IMG/VR virus record: IMGVR_UViG_3300014515_000023
Strand: one strand, 5' to 3'
From: a virus
Taxonomy: Duplodnaviria > Heunggongvirae > Uroviricota > Caudoviricetes
DNA length: 9,984 nucleotides
Shown here one piece after another: positions 1 through 6,386 of this stretch. The translations under genes were made by a program, and so were the position numbers. The notes beneath the pieces were generated by a model. That model was not told the origin of the DNA, did no database searches, and saw nothing but the letters and a program-made list of their open reading frames with translations. How positions within the stretch are numbered: the first letter of the stretch is position 1; each line of letters begins with the position of its first letter.

Positions 1-83
1 AACCTGAGGAGTAAGAGACCTGGCGGGGGAGAAATCCCTCGCCACCTCTGATGAGTCAGGCATCCTCAATGCACCCGCGCTTA

Positions 84-103
84 ACCCGCTTCGGCGGGTT
101 TTT
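84..103 (+). terminator. Rho-independent terminator hairpin upstream of the cassette
   Basis: Stem CCCGC (85-89), loop TTCG, stem GCGGG (94-98), followed by T5 (99-103). It is a near-identical direct copy of the hairpin at 1949-1968. Confidence 0.6.
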
Positions 104-118
104 CTAGCATCTATCTGG

Positions 119-147
119 TTGACAAAGTCTATGTTAAATGGAAATAT
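119..147 (+). promoter_or_regulatory. Putative sigma70 promoter for the two-gene cassette
   Basis: Perfect -35 TTGACA at 119-124, 17-nt spacer, weak -10-like AAATAT at 142-147. A second GGTTGACA lies at 148-155. RBS AAGGA at 166-170 sits about 10 nt before the ATG at 181. The -10 is weak, so this is tentative. Confidence 0.3.
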
Positions 148-180
148 GGTTGACACCAAAACAACAAGGATATTACGGTC

Positions 181-795
181 ATGCAGAATTTATCTCAACA
201 GTTGTTAGAAGCATATGACAAGGAGTGCCGCAAAGAGCTTTCGATCGCGTTAGCACAGGCTTATCTTCATTCGCATATGAAGGCAAAAGAGTTTGGTTCT
301 TTTTGGGCTCAAGCACAGTCATATTTGCGCTGGTTTTATGCCGATGCATTGCTTGAGAATGCGGCTAAGCGTGTGGGGCTGGATTTTGAAGTCGGTAGCA
401 ATGCTGCTAAAAATTGTAAACACATTGCGATTCACTCGAACAACTGGAAAATGACGGCACATCATTTATCGGGTAATGCGCCACTTCCTAAGCAGGCATT
501 GTATAGAGCTGTTTACGCTAATCAAAATTATGAATTGAATTTTGGGGATGAAAATGCCGACTCCCTGGATGGGAGAGCGTCTGGTGGACATGTTTATATG
601 TTACATGATGGCAGTAATCAGCACTTGTCCAAACTGAATTTAACTGTTCCTTCTTCGGATAATTACGGGATTCTTTATACTGAGTCTTTACCAATTATGA
701 CGATGGTAGAAGTTGAAGCAGAAAATGTGGATTCTGAGATTGAAGATAAAATCAAGATTCTTACCGAACAAATAATTAAATCACAGCAATCATGA
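181..795 (+). CDS. Hypothetical protein, 204 aa, first gene of the cassette; no domain recognised
   Basis: Clean ORF with an RBS and an upstream promoter-like site. Its stop TGA (793-795) overlaps the ATG (792-794) of the next gene, which suggests translational coupling. AT-richer than the flanking phage genes by eye. Acidic C-terminal tail. I recognise no catalytic motif. Confidence 0.75.
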   Translation: MQNLSQQLLEAYDKECRKELSIALAQAYLHSHMKAKEFGSFWAQAQSYLRWFYADALLENAAKRVGLDFEVGSNAAKNCKHIAIHSNNWKMTAHHLSGNAPLPKQALYRAVYANQNYELNFGDENADSLDGRASGGHVYMLHDGSNQHLSKLNLTVPSSDNYGILYTESLPIMTMVEVEAENVDSEIEDKIKILTEQIIKSQQS

Positions 796-1937
796 GCATG
801 AATATCGCACAAACACCATTTACTGATAAATCGTTTAATCCTCGTCGCCTTGAGGAGGCAAGAGAGGCAAAAGGGTTGACGATGGCTGAACTTGCCAGAG
901 TGCTCAATATTTCAAGACAAGCTATTTCGTCATTTGAGAAGGGGTTGAAGTCTCCCTCTGCTGATACACTTTCTGCAATAGCCAAGGTGTTAGGATTTCC
1001 AGAACGATTTTTCTTAGCCTCCAGTGCTTCTCCATCTCTGGAGGGGGCGATTCATTTTAGAAGTCGTTCAACTGCGACCAAAAAGGCTCGAGTTACAGGG
1101 AAAACACGTGGGCGTTGGGCGGCATTAATATTGGATGAATGTCTAAAATATGCTCAATTACCAGATGTGGTTCTGCCTGAATTCGATATTATTGATTTTG
1201 AGGTTCTGTCTCTATCTGATATTGAGGATATGTCCACCCAATTAAGGCGTTTTTGGGGGTTAGGTGATGGTCCAATACTCAATTTAACTAGACTTGTTGA
1301 AAATAAAGGAATCGTGGTTTCTCATTTACCTTCTGGTGAGAAAGTTGATGCCTTTTCGTTCTGGCATAATGGGCGGCCTTTAATTATGTTAGATAGCTCG
1401 AAGACGGCTGTTCGCATGCGATTTAGTCTTGCTCATGAACTTGGCCATTTAATTATGCATAGGGCAGTGGAGGATGACTACCTGAATGATAAAGAATTAT
1501 TCGACCTAGTGGAGTTGCAGGCCGATTATTTTGCCTCCAGCTTTTTAATGCCAGCCACGACTTTCGGGCGTGAATTTTATAGTCCAAATTTATCAGCGTT
1601 AGAACGATTAAAACTACGTTGGATTACATCTATCGGTAGTATTGCCATGAGGAGTCATAGCCTTAAGTTAATTAGCGATAATCAGAAAAGCTATATATTT
1701 AAGCAATTAGCGCCATTCCATCGTAGGGAGCCGTTAGATGATGCAATCCCAAAAGAAGAGCCTGAGTTACTTAATAAGTTACTTTTACTTCTTGATAAGC
1801 ATTCAATCATAAAGGTAACTGAGTTAACTGATATCTTTGCTCTTCCTTTAAATGAGTTATCTGCAATTACACGATTTAAAGAATCAGATATGATTCATTC
1901 TGACAATGTTATTTCATTTACCATAAAACAAAAATAA
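792..1937 (+). CDS. Fused XRE-family HTH and ImmA/IrrE-type (COG2856, peptidase M78-like) zinc metallopeptidase, 381 aa
   Basis: N-terminal segment (residues about 20-75, GLTMAELARVLNISRQAISSFEKG) matches the XRE/Cro-C1 helix-turn-helix pattern. HEXXH zinc motif HELGH at residues 215-219 (nt 1434-1448) sits in the context SLAHELGHLIMH typical of ImmA/IrrE peptidases. A C-terminal extension of about 150 aa has unknown function. Followed by a terminator. Confidence 0.85.
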   Translation: MSMNIAQTPFTDKSFNPRRLEEAREAKGLTMAELARVLNISRQAISSFEKGLKSPSADTLSAIAKVLGFPERFFLASSASPSLEGAIHFRSRSTATKKARVTGKTRGRWAALILDECLKYAQLPDVVLPEFDIIDFEVLSLSDIEDMSTQLRRFWGLGDGPILNLTRLVENKGIVVSHLPSGEKVDAFSFWHNGRPLIMLDSSKTAVRMRFSLAHELGHLIMHRAVEDDYLNDKELFDLVELQADYFASSFLMPATTFGREFYSPNLSALERLKLRWITSIGSIAMRSHSLKLISDNQKSYIFKQLAPFHRREPLDDAIPKEEPELLNKLLLLLDKHSIIKVTELTDIFALPLNELSAITRFKESDMIHSDNVISFTIKQK

Positions 1938-1948
1938 TTCTCATTCAT

Positions 1949-1968
1949 ACCCGCCTCGGCGGGTTTTT
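1949..1968 (+). terminator. Rho-independent terminator downstream of the cassette
   Basis: ACCCGCCTCGGCGGG followed by T5 then GTTTT. Differs by one nucleotide from the hairpin at 84-103. Confidence 0.6.
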
Positions 1969-2043
1969 GTTTTACGTATTCTGGTTTACAATCCACAGGC
2001 CAGCCTGAACAACTGGCACCTGCTGCGCCAGCAGAGACAACCG

Positions 2044-2322
2044 ATGGCGCACGATACCAAATTATACAATTCTGATGATTCTGCCGTCTTTGCCAGCAGG
2101 CGCGGACGGTGTTTTCACGCATTCAAATCTGACTGGTACCAGCATCCCCCATGCACTGAAGAACAGGCCGAATGGCTCATTCAGTGTTACCGCAGGCGCG
2201 GATGCGAGGTTAAAAAAGCCCTTAGCCTCGACTACCGTCACTGGATAATCTCCGTCAGGCTCCCTTACTCCGAACGGCCAGCGCGTCCGTCCCGCACATT
2301 CCAGCAACGGATCTGGAGGTAA
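2044..2322 (+). CDS. Hypothetical phage protein, 92 aa
   Basis: ORF in the same orientation as the operon. Its stop TAA (2320-2322) lies immediately before the GTG start (2324) of the next gene and overlaps that gene's GGAGG RBS. No strong RBS of its own; the reading frame stays open upstream through the terminator, so the true start is uncertain. Confidence 0.4.
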   Translation: MAHDTKLYNSDDSAVFASRRGRCFHAFKSDWYQHPPCTEEQAEWLIQCYRRRGCEVKKALSLDYRHWIISVRLPYSERPARPSRTFQQRIWR

Positions 2323-2323
2323 T

Positions 2324-3379
2324 GTGCGGGTATTACTTCGACCTGTTCTGGTACCGGAACTCGGTCTGGTTATCGTTAAGCCAGGCCGTGAATCAATGTC
2401 AGCATTCCATAACGGCAGAATACTGGTGGAGCCGGAACCAAAAAGCATGCGTAATCTGCCGTCCGGGGTCGTTCCTGCCGCTCGCCAGCCGCTGGTGGAA
2501 GACAAAACATTGCTGCCGTTTTTCAGTAACGCACGGGGGATTCGTGCTGCTGGTGGTGCTGGTGCATTGTCTGACTGGCTGTTGCGCCATATTAAATCCT
2601 GCCAGTGGCCACACGGCGATTATCATCACAGCGAAACCGTCATTCACCGTTATGGTACCGGCGCAATGGTGTTGTGCTGGCACTGCGACAACCAGCTGCG
2701 TGACCAGACATCCGAATCACTCGAGCAACTTGCTCATCAAAACCTGTCAGCATGGATGATTGACGTCATCGGTCACGCAATAAGCGGTACGCAGGAGCGT
2801 GAATTATCTCTGGCTGAATTATCCTGGTGGGCGGTCCGCAATCAGGTGGCGGACGCGCTACCGGAAGCGGTATTACGTCGTTCGCTGGGGTTGCGTGCGG
2901 AAAAAATCCGCTCAATGTACCGTGAAAGCGACATCGTACCGGGAGAGCAGACCGCCACCAGCATACTGAAGCAGCGCACAAAAAATCTTGCGCCGCTGCC
3001 TCACGCCCACCAGCAAAACCCGCCACAGGAAAAGACGGTGGTCAGCATTGCTGTTGATCCGGAGTCACCGGCTCAGTATCTCCAGCGCCAGAAACCACAA
3101 CGGGAAGAGATGCCTGTATACACGCGCTGGGTAAAAACGCAGAAATGCATGACGTGCGGTAATCAGGCAGATGATCCGCATCACATCATTGGTCATGGAC
3201 TGGGAGGGATGGGAACAAAGGCTGATGATTTGTTTGTTATTCCGCTGTGCCGTAAATGTCATAACGAACTGCACGCCGGGGTAAAAGATTTTGAAGAAAA
3301 ACACGGCAGCCAGCTGTTGTTGCTGATTCGTTTTTTAATGCACGCGAGAAATTCGGGTGTCCTGAAGTGGAAAGCATGA
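2324..3379 (+). CDS. DUF968-like (YdfU-like) prophage protein with two Cys/His-rich clusters, 351 aa
   Basis: GTG start preceded by GGAGG (2310-2314). C-terminal cluster C275-x2-C278, H286-H287, H291, C309-x2-C312-H313, H317 (nt about 3146-3274). N-terminal cluster C93, H97, HH101-102, C118-WH-C121. Sits immediately upstream of rusA. The family call is from memory of Qin-prophage YdfU. Confidence 0.65.
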   Translation: MRVLLRPVLVPELGLVIVKPGRESMSAFHNGRILVEPEPKSMRNLPSGVVPAARQPLVEDKTLLPFFSNARGIRAAGGAGALSDWLLRHIKSCQWPHGDYHHSETVIHRYGTGAMVLCWHCDNQLRDQTSESLEQLAHQNLSAWMIDVIGHAISGTQERELSLAELSWWAVRNQVADALPEAVLRRSLGLRAEKIRSMYRESDIVPGEQTATSILKQRTKNLAPLPHAHQQNPPQEKTVVSIAVDPESPAQYLQRQKPQREEMPVYTRWVKTQKCMTCGNQADDPHHIIGHGLGGMGTKADDLFVIPLCRKCHNELHAGVKDFEEKHGSQLLLLIRFLMHARNSGVLKWKA

Positions 3380-3745
3380 ATGACTGAACGCATAGAATTT
3401 GTTTTGCCTTACCCGCCAACGGTGAACACTTACTGGCGACGTCGTGGCAGCACATATTTTGTATCAAAAGTCGGTGAGCGTTATCGCCGTGATGTGGCGC
3501 TTATTGTTCGCCAGCAGCAACTGAAATTAAACCTGTCCGGAAGGCCGGCAATAGAAATTATTGCAGAGCCACCGGATAAGCGCCGTCGTGACCTGGACAA
3601 TATCCTGAAGGCACCACTGGATGTACTGACGCATGCGGGGCTGCTCATAGACGACGAGCAGTTTGATGAAATTAATATTGTGCGCGGTCAGCTTGTTCCT
3701 GGTGGGCGGTTGGGGATAAAAATCACAGAACTGGAGTACGCATGA
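3380..3745 (+). CDS. rusA: RusA-family Holliday junction resolvase, 121 aa
   Basis: Size and motifs match E. coli RusA as recalled: LPYPPTVNTYWRRRG near the N-terminus, the catalytic-region RRRDLDNILKAPLDVL, and GGRLGIKITE near the C-terminus. Stop overlaps the next gene's start (ATGA at 3742-3745). Confidence 0.9.
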   Translation: MTERIEFVLPYPPTVNTYWRRRGSTYFVSKVGERYRRDVALIVRQQQLKLNLSGRPAIEIIAEPPDKRRRDLDNILKAPLDVLTHAGLLIDDEQFDEINIVRGQLVPGGRLGIKITELEYA

Positions 3746-4431
3746 ATAACCAGTATTTACAGTTTGTTCGTGAGCAACTCATGATTGCCACCGCCGATTT
3801 GAGTGGATCAACAAAAGGGCAGCTTGAGGCCTGGCAGGAGAATGCCATGTTTGATACAGGGCGTTACAGGCGTAAAAAAATCCGGTACCGCGATGAAGTG
3901 ACTGGAAAAATGATAACGCGGGATAATCCACCAATCCCGGGAAAGCAATCGCTGGCGAAGGGGGTGTCAATTCCTCTCGTCAGTCCGGTTGAGTTTTCGA
4001 CATCATCGTGGCGGCGGGCTGTTCTGTCTCTTGAAGAACATCATAAAGCCTGGTTGTTGTGGTGTTACAGCGGGAGTATTTGTTGGGAATATCAGATCGC
4101 GATAACGCAGTGGGTGTGGAATGAATTTAAAACCCGGTACGGCACCAGAAAAATTGCAGGGAAAACGCAGGAGCGCGTGAAGAAGTTGATCTGGCTGGCG
4201 GCACAGGATGTCAGAGGATGGATTACCGGGTGTGAGGTCTACCAGAGACAGGAGCTTGCCAGACTGTGTGGAGTTAAGCCTGATAACTGGAGCCATAATT
4301 ATGCGAACTACTGGCGTGAGATGTGCGATATTTTTAAGAGTCTCGATAGAGAATCTGTGATTTGCACCGTGAAAATAAGAGCGCAACAAAAAGCGACTTT
4401 TTCACGACGAGATATTGCAAAAGTCAATTAA
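3742..4431 (+). CDS. Putative late-gene antiterminator Q (phage 82/Qin quuQ-like class), 229 aa
   Basis: Position is canonical: immediately after rusA and immediately before a promoter-like region plus a short-transcript terminator. Translationally coupled to rusA. The family assignment is by synteny and recollection, not by a motif I can verify. Confidence 0.55.
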   Translation: MNNQYLQFVREQLMIATADLSGSTKGQLEAWQENAMFDTGRYRRKKIRYRDEVTGKMITRDNPPIPGKQSLAKGVSIPLVSPVEFSTSSWRRAVLSLEEHHKAWLLWCYSGSICWEYQIAITQWVWNEFKTRYGTRKIAGKTQERVKKLIWLAAQDVRGWITGCEVYQRQELARLCGVKPDNWSHNYANYWREMCDIFKSLDRESVICTVKIRAQQKATFSRRDIAKVN

Positions 4432-4452
4432 ATAGCGTACGTTTCGTATAAA
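4415..4452 (+). promoter_or_regulatory. Candidate late promoter (PR'-like) / Q-utilisation region
   Basis: TTGCAA at 4415-4420 and -10-like TATAAA at 4447-4452 lie directly downstream of the Q stop and about 50-70 nt upstream of a strong terminator, analogous to lambda PR'-tR'. The spacing is non-ideal, so this is tentative. Confidence 0.3.
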
Positions 4453-4492
4453 TCTGATATTTTGCCGATTTTGTACGCGATGGCAAAGTAAG

Positions 4493-4523
4493 AAAAAAAA
4501 CTGCCGTCAGGCGGTTTTTTTTT
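4493..4523 (+). terminator. Intrinsic terminator (tR'-like), potentially bidirectional
   Basis: A8 (4493-4500), stem CTGCC (4501-4505), loop GTCA, stem GGCGG (4510-4514), T9 (4515-4523). Confidence 0.65.
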
Positions 4524-4645
4524 ATGCCCAAAATCGCGTCAGTACAGTAAACACGCTGGTGGTTGCGAATACGGGTCTTTCAGCTTGCTGGCTTTTTCGA
4601 CAAGAGTTATTGGTATGTCACGTTAACCGGAAAAAGGAAAAAGAC

Positions 4646-4843
4646 ATGCTAAAACAGCAGGATATGACAGAAACCGCCAGAGTGGTGTTTAATGAATTAA
4701 GCGTTACCGAACCGGCGACAGTCGGGGAGATAGCGCAGAATACTTACCTTTCACGCGAACGCTGCCAGTTAATACTGACCCAGCTGGTTATGGCGGGGGG
4801 GGCAGACTATCAGTTCGGTTGTTACAGACGCCTTCAGTCCTGA
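4646..4843 (+). CDS. Small hypothetical protein, about 65 aa, possible HTH/winged-helix DNA-binding protein
   Basis: ATG at 4646 preceded by AAGGAAAAAG RBS. This is the in-frame internal start of track ORF 4559..4843. The segment TVGEIAQNTYLSRERCQLILTQL resembles a helix-turn-helix. Sits between tR' and the methyltransferase. Confidence 0.45.
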   Translation: MLKQQDMTETARVVFNELSVTEPATVGEIAQNTYLSRERCQLILTQLVMAGGADYQFGCYRRLQS

Positions 4844-4993
4844 AGGCTTTTTTATTTGTGGTAAATGGGCGGCTGGTGGGTGTTAGGGGCACCCACCAGC
4901 CATCTGCTCATGCGTTGGGTTCACAAGCAAACCTCAGGCCCACTGCTTTGCGCAAAAGCAGAATGAGCCTATCAGAGACAGGCTTAATGATCC

Positions 4994-6043
4994 ATGCTTA
5001 ATACTGTAAAAATATCCAGTTGTGAGTTAATCAACGCCGACTGCCTGGAATTTATCCGGTCGTTACCCGAAAATTCTGTTGACCTGATAGTCACGGACCC
5101 GCCGTACTTTAAAGTGAAGCCTGAGGGCTGGGATAACCAGTGGAAGGGCGACGATGATTACCTGAAGTGGCTGGACCAGTGTCTGGCGCAGTTCTGGCGG
5201 GTGCTGAAACCTGTCGGAAGTCTTTACCTGTTCTGTGGTCATCGCCTGGCATCTGATATCGAAATCATGATGCGTGAACGCTTCAGTGTGCTGAACCATA
5301 TTATCTGGGCGAAGCCGTCCGGACGCTGGAACGGATGCAACAAGGAAAGCCTGCGGGCGTATTTCCCCGCCACAGAGCGCATTCTGTTCGCGGAACATTA
5401 TCAGGGGCCGTATCGTCCGAAAGATGCCGGGTATGCGGCGAAGGGCAGTGCACTGAAACAGCATGTGATGGCCCCGCTGATTTCTTACTTTCGTGATGCG
5501 CGCGCTGCCCTGGGGATAACGGCAAAACAGATTGCAGATGCCACAGGAAAGAAAAACATGGTGTCGCACTGGTTCAGTGCCAGTCAGTGGCAGCTACCGA
5601 ACGAAAGCGATTATCTGAAATTACAGTCGCTGTTTGCCCGGGTGGCAGAAGAGAAACATCAGCGCGGTGAACTGGAAAAGCCCCACCACCAGCTGGTGGA
5701 TACGTATACGTCACTGAACCGGCAGTATGTGGAGCTGCAGAGTGAATATAAGCATCTGCGGCGGTATTTTGGTGTGACGGCGCAGGTGCCGTACACGGAT
5801 GTGTGGACACATAAACCGGTGCAGTTCTATCCCGGGAAACATCCGTGCGAAAAACCGGCAGAAATGCTGCAGCAGATAATCAGCGCAAGCAGTCGTCCGG
5901 GTGACCTGGTTGCAGATTTTTTTATGGGCTCAGGTTCAACGGTAAAAGCGGCACTGGCGCTTGGGCGTCGTGCGATTGGCGTTGAACTGGAGACCGGACG
6001 TTTTGAGCAGACAGTCAGGGAAGTTCAGGATTTAATCGTTTGA
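4994..6043 (+). CDS. DNA N6-adenine or N4-cytosine methyltransferase, beta-class motif order, apparently orphan, 349 aa
   Basis: Motif IV DPPY at residues 35-38 (nt 5096-5107) in the context SVDLIVTDPPYF. SAM-binding motif I FxGxG (FFMGSGST) at residues 309-316 (nt 5918-5941). Motif IV before motif I is the beta-class order. No restriction-endonuclease-like ORF is adjacent. Confidence 0.9.
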   Translation: MLNTVKISSCELINADCLEFIRSLPENSVDLIVTDPPYFKVKPEGWDNQWKGDDDYLKWLDQCLAQFWRVLKPVGSLYLFCGHRLASDIEIMMRERFSVLNHIIWAKPSGRWNGCNKESLRAYFPATERILFAEHYQGPYRPKDAGYAAKGSALKQHVMAPLISYFRDARAALGITAKQIADATGKKNMVSHWFSASQWQLPNESDYLKLQSLFARVAEEKHQRGELEKPHHQLVDTYTSLNRQYVELQSEYKHLRRYFGVTAQVPYTDVWTHKPVQFYPGKHPCEKPAEMLQQIISASSRPGDLVADFFMGSGSTVKAALALGRRAIGVELETGRFEQTVREVQDLIV

Positions 6044-6092
6044 AACGGATGAGATTGCAGAATTAATTACGCACCATTATTATTCTGCTCCC

Positions 6093-6168
6093 GGCCCTTT
6101 AGCTCAGTGGTGAGAGCGAGCGACTCATAATCGCCAGGTCGCTGGTTCAAATCCAGCAAGGGCCACCA
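6093..6168 (+). tRNA. ileZ: tRNA-Ile2-like, anticodon CAU (lysidine type), 76 nt with encoded CCA
   Basis: Manual cloverleaf: acceptor GGCCCTT/AAGGGCC, D-arm GCTC-AGTGGTGA-GAGC, anticodon loop CTCATAA, T-loop TTCAAAT, then A-CCA. Closely resembles E. coli ileX as I recall it. A Met identity cannot be excluded from sequence alone. Confidence 0.85.
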
Positions 6169-6175
6169 TCACATA

Positions 6176-6252
6176 CCGCCATTAGCTCATCAGGAAAGAG
6201 CGCCAGCTTTCGAAGCTGGTTGCGCGGAGTTCGGGTCCCCGAAGGCGGTCCA
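6176..6252 (+). tRNA. tRNA-Arg, anticodon UCG, with non-canonical features
   Basis: Anticodon stem CCAGC/GCTGG is perfect with loop TTTCGAA (anticodon TCG). D-arm GCTC...GAGC. The acceptor stem has one A-A mismatch. The T stem has one A-C mismatch. The T-loop TTCGGGT has G at the usually invariant A58 position. Discriminator T, then CCA. Confidence 0.6.
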
Positions 6253-6265
6253 TTATCTGTATCCT

Positions 6266-6342
6266 GCGTTGTTAGCTCAGCCGGACAGAGCAATTGCCTT
6301 CTAAGCAATCGGTCACTGGTTCGAATCCAGTACAACGCGCCA
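6266..6342 (+). tRNA. tRNA-Arg, anticodon UCU, 77 nt with encoded CCA
   Basis: Perfect acceptor GCGTTGT/ACAACGC, anticodon loop CTTCTAA, T-loop TTCGAAT, discriminator G, CCA. Architecture is like E. coli argU. Confidence 0.85.
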
Positions 6343-6386
6343 CACTTATTTTCCCTGGCTCGCTTTTGCGGGCTTTTTTTAAATGT

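Noticed and set aside
2322-2759. Plus-strand ORF 2322..2759 (145 aa) in an alternative frame
   Set aside because: It overlaps the 5' part of the DUF968 gene in another frame. Its Cys/Trp-rich, low-complexity translation looks like a frame artefact.
4559-5001. Track ORFs 4559..4843 as a full-length 94-aa protein, and 4819..5001
   Set aside because: The first 29 codons of 4559..4843 lack an RBS, while the internal ATG at 4646 has one, so the shorter form is preferred. 4819..5001 overlaps the end of that gene and the start of the methyltransferase, with no supporting signal.
776-5810. Minus-strand ORFs from the six-frame track: 776..985, 1895..2122, 2062..2505, 2399..2683, 2766..3026, 3065..3304, 3237..3467, 3779..3970, 4003..4389, 5063..5569, 5301..5525, 5574..5810
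   Set aside because: Each lies antisense within or across a well-supported plus-strand gene (HTH-peptidase, DUF968, rusA, Q, methyltransferase). None has a convincing RBS or recognisable motif. They are typical spurious antisense frames.
6093-6342. tRNA genes as the prophage integration site (attachment site with a nearby integrase)
   Set aside because: The three tRNAs sit inside the phage late region between the methyltransferase and the esterase, co-oriented with phage genes, and no integrase is in the window. They are phage-encoded tRNAs rather than a host att target.
6355-6380. Possible terminator immediately after the third tRNA (GGCTCGCTTTTGCGGGC followed by T7)
   Set aside because: The stem pairs imperfectly (GCTCGC versus GCGGGC). 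The T-run is suggestive but I could not build a convincing hairpin by eye.
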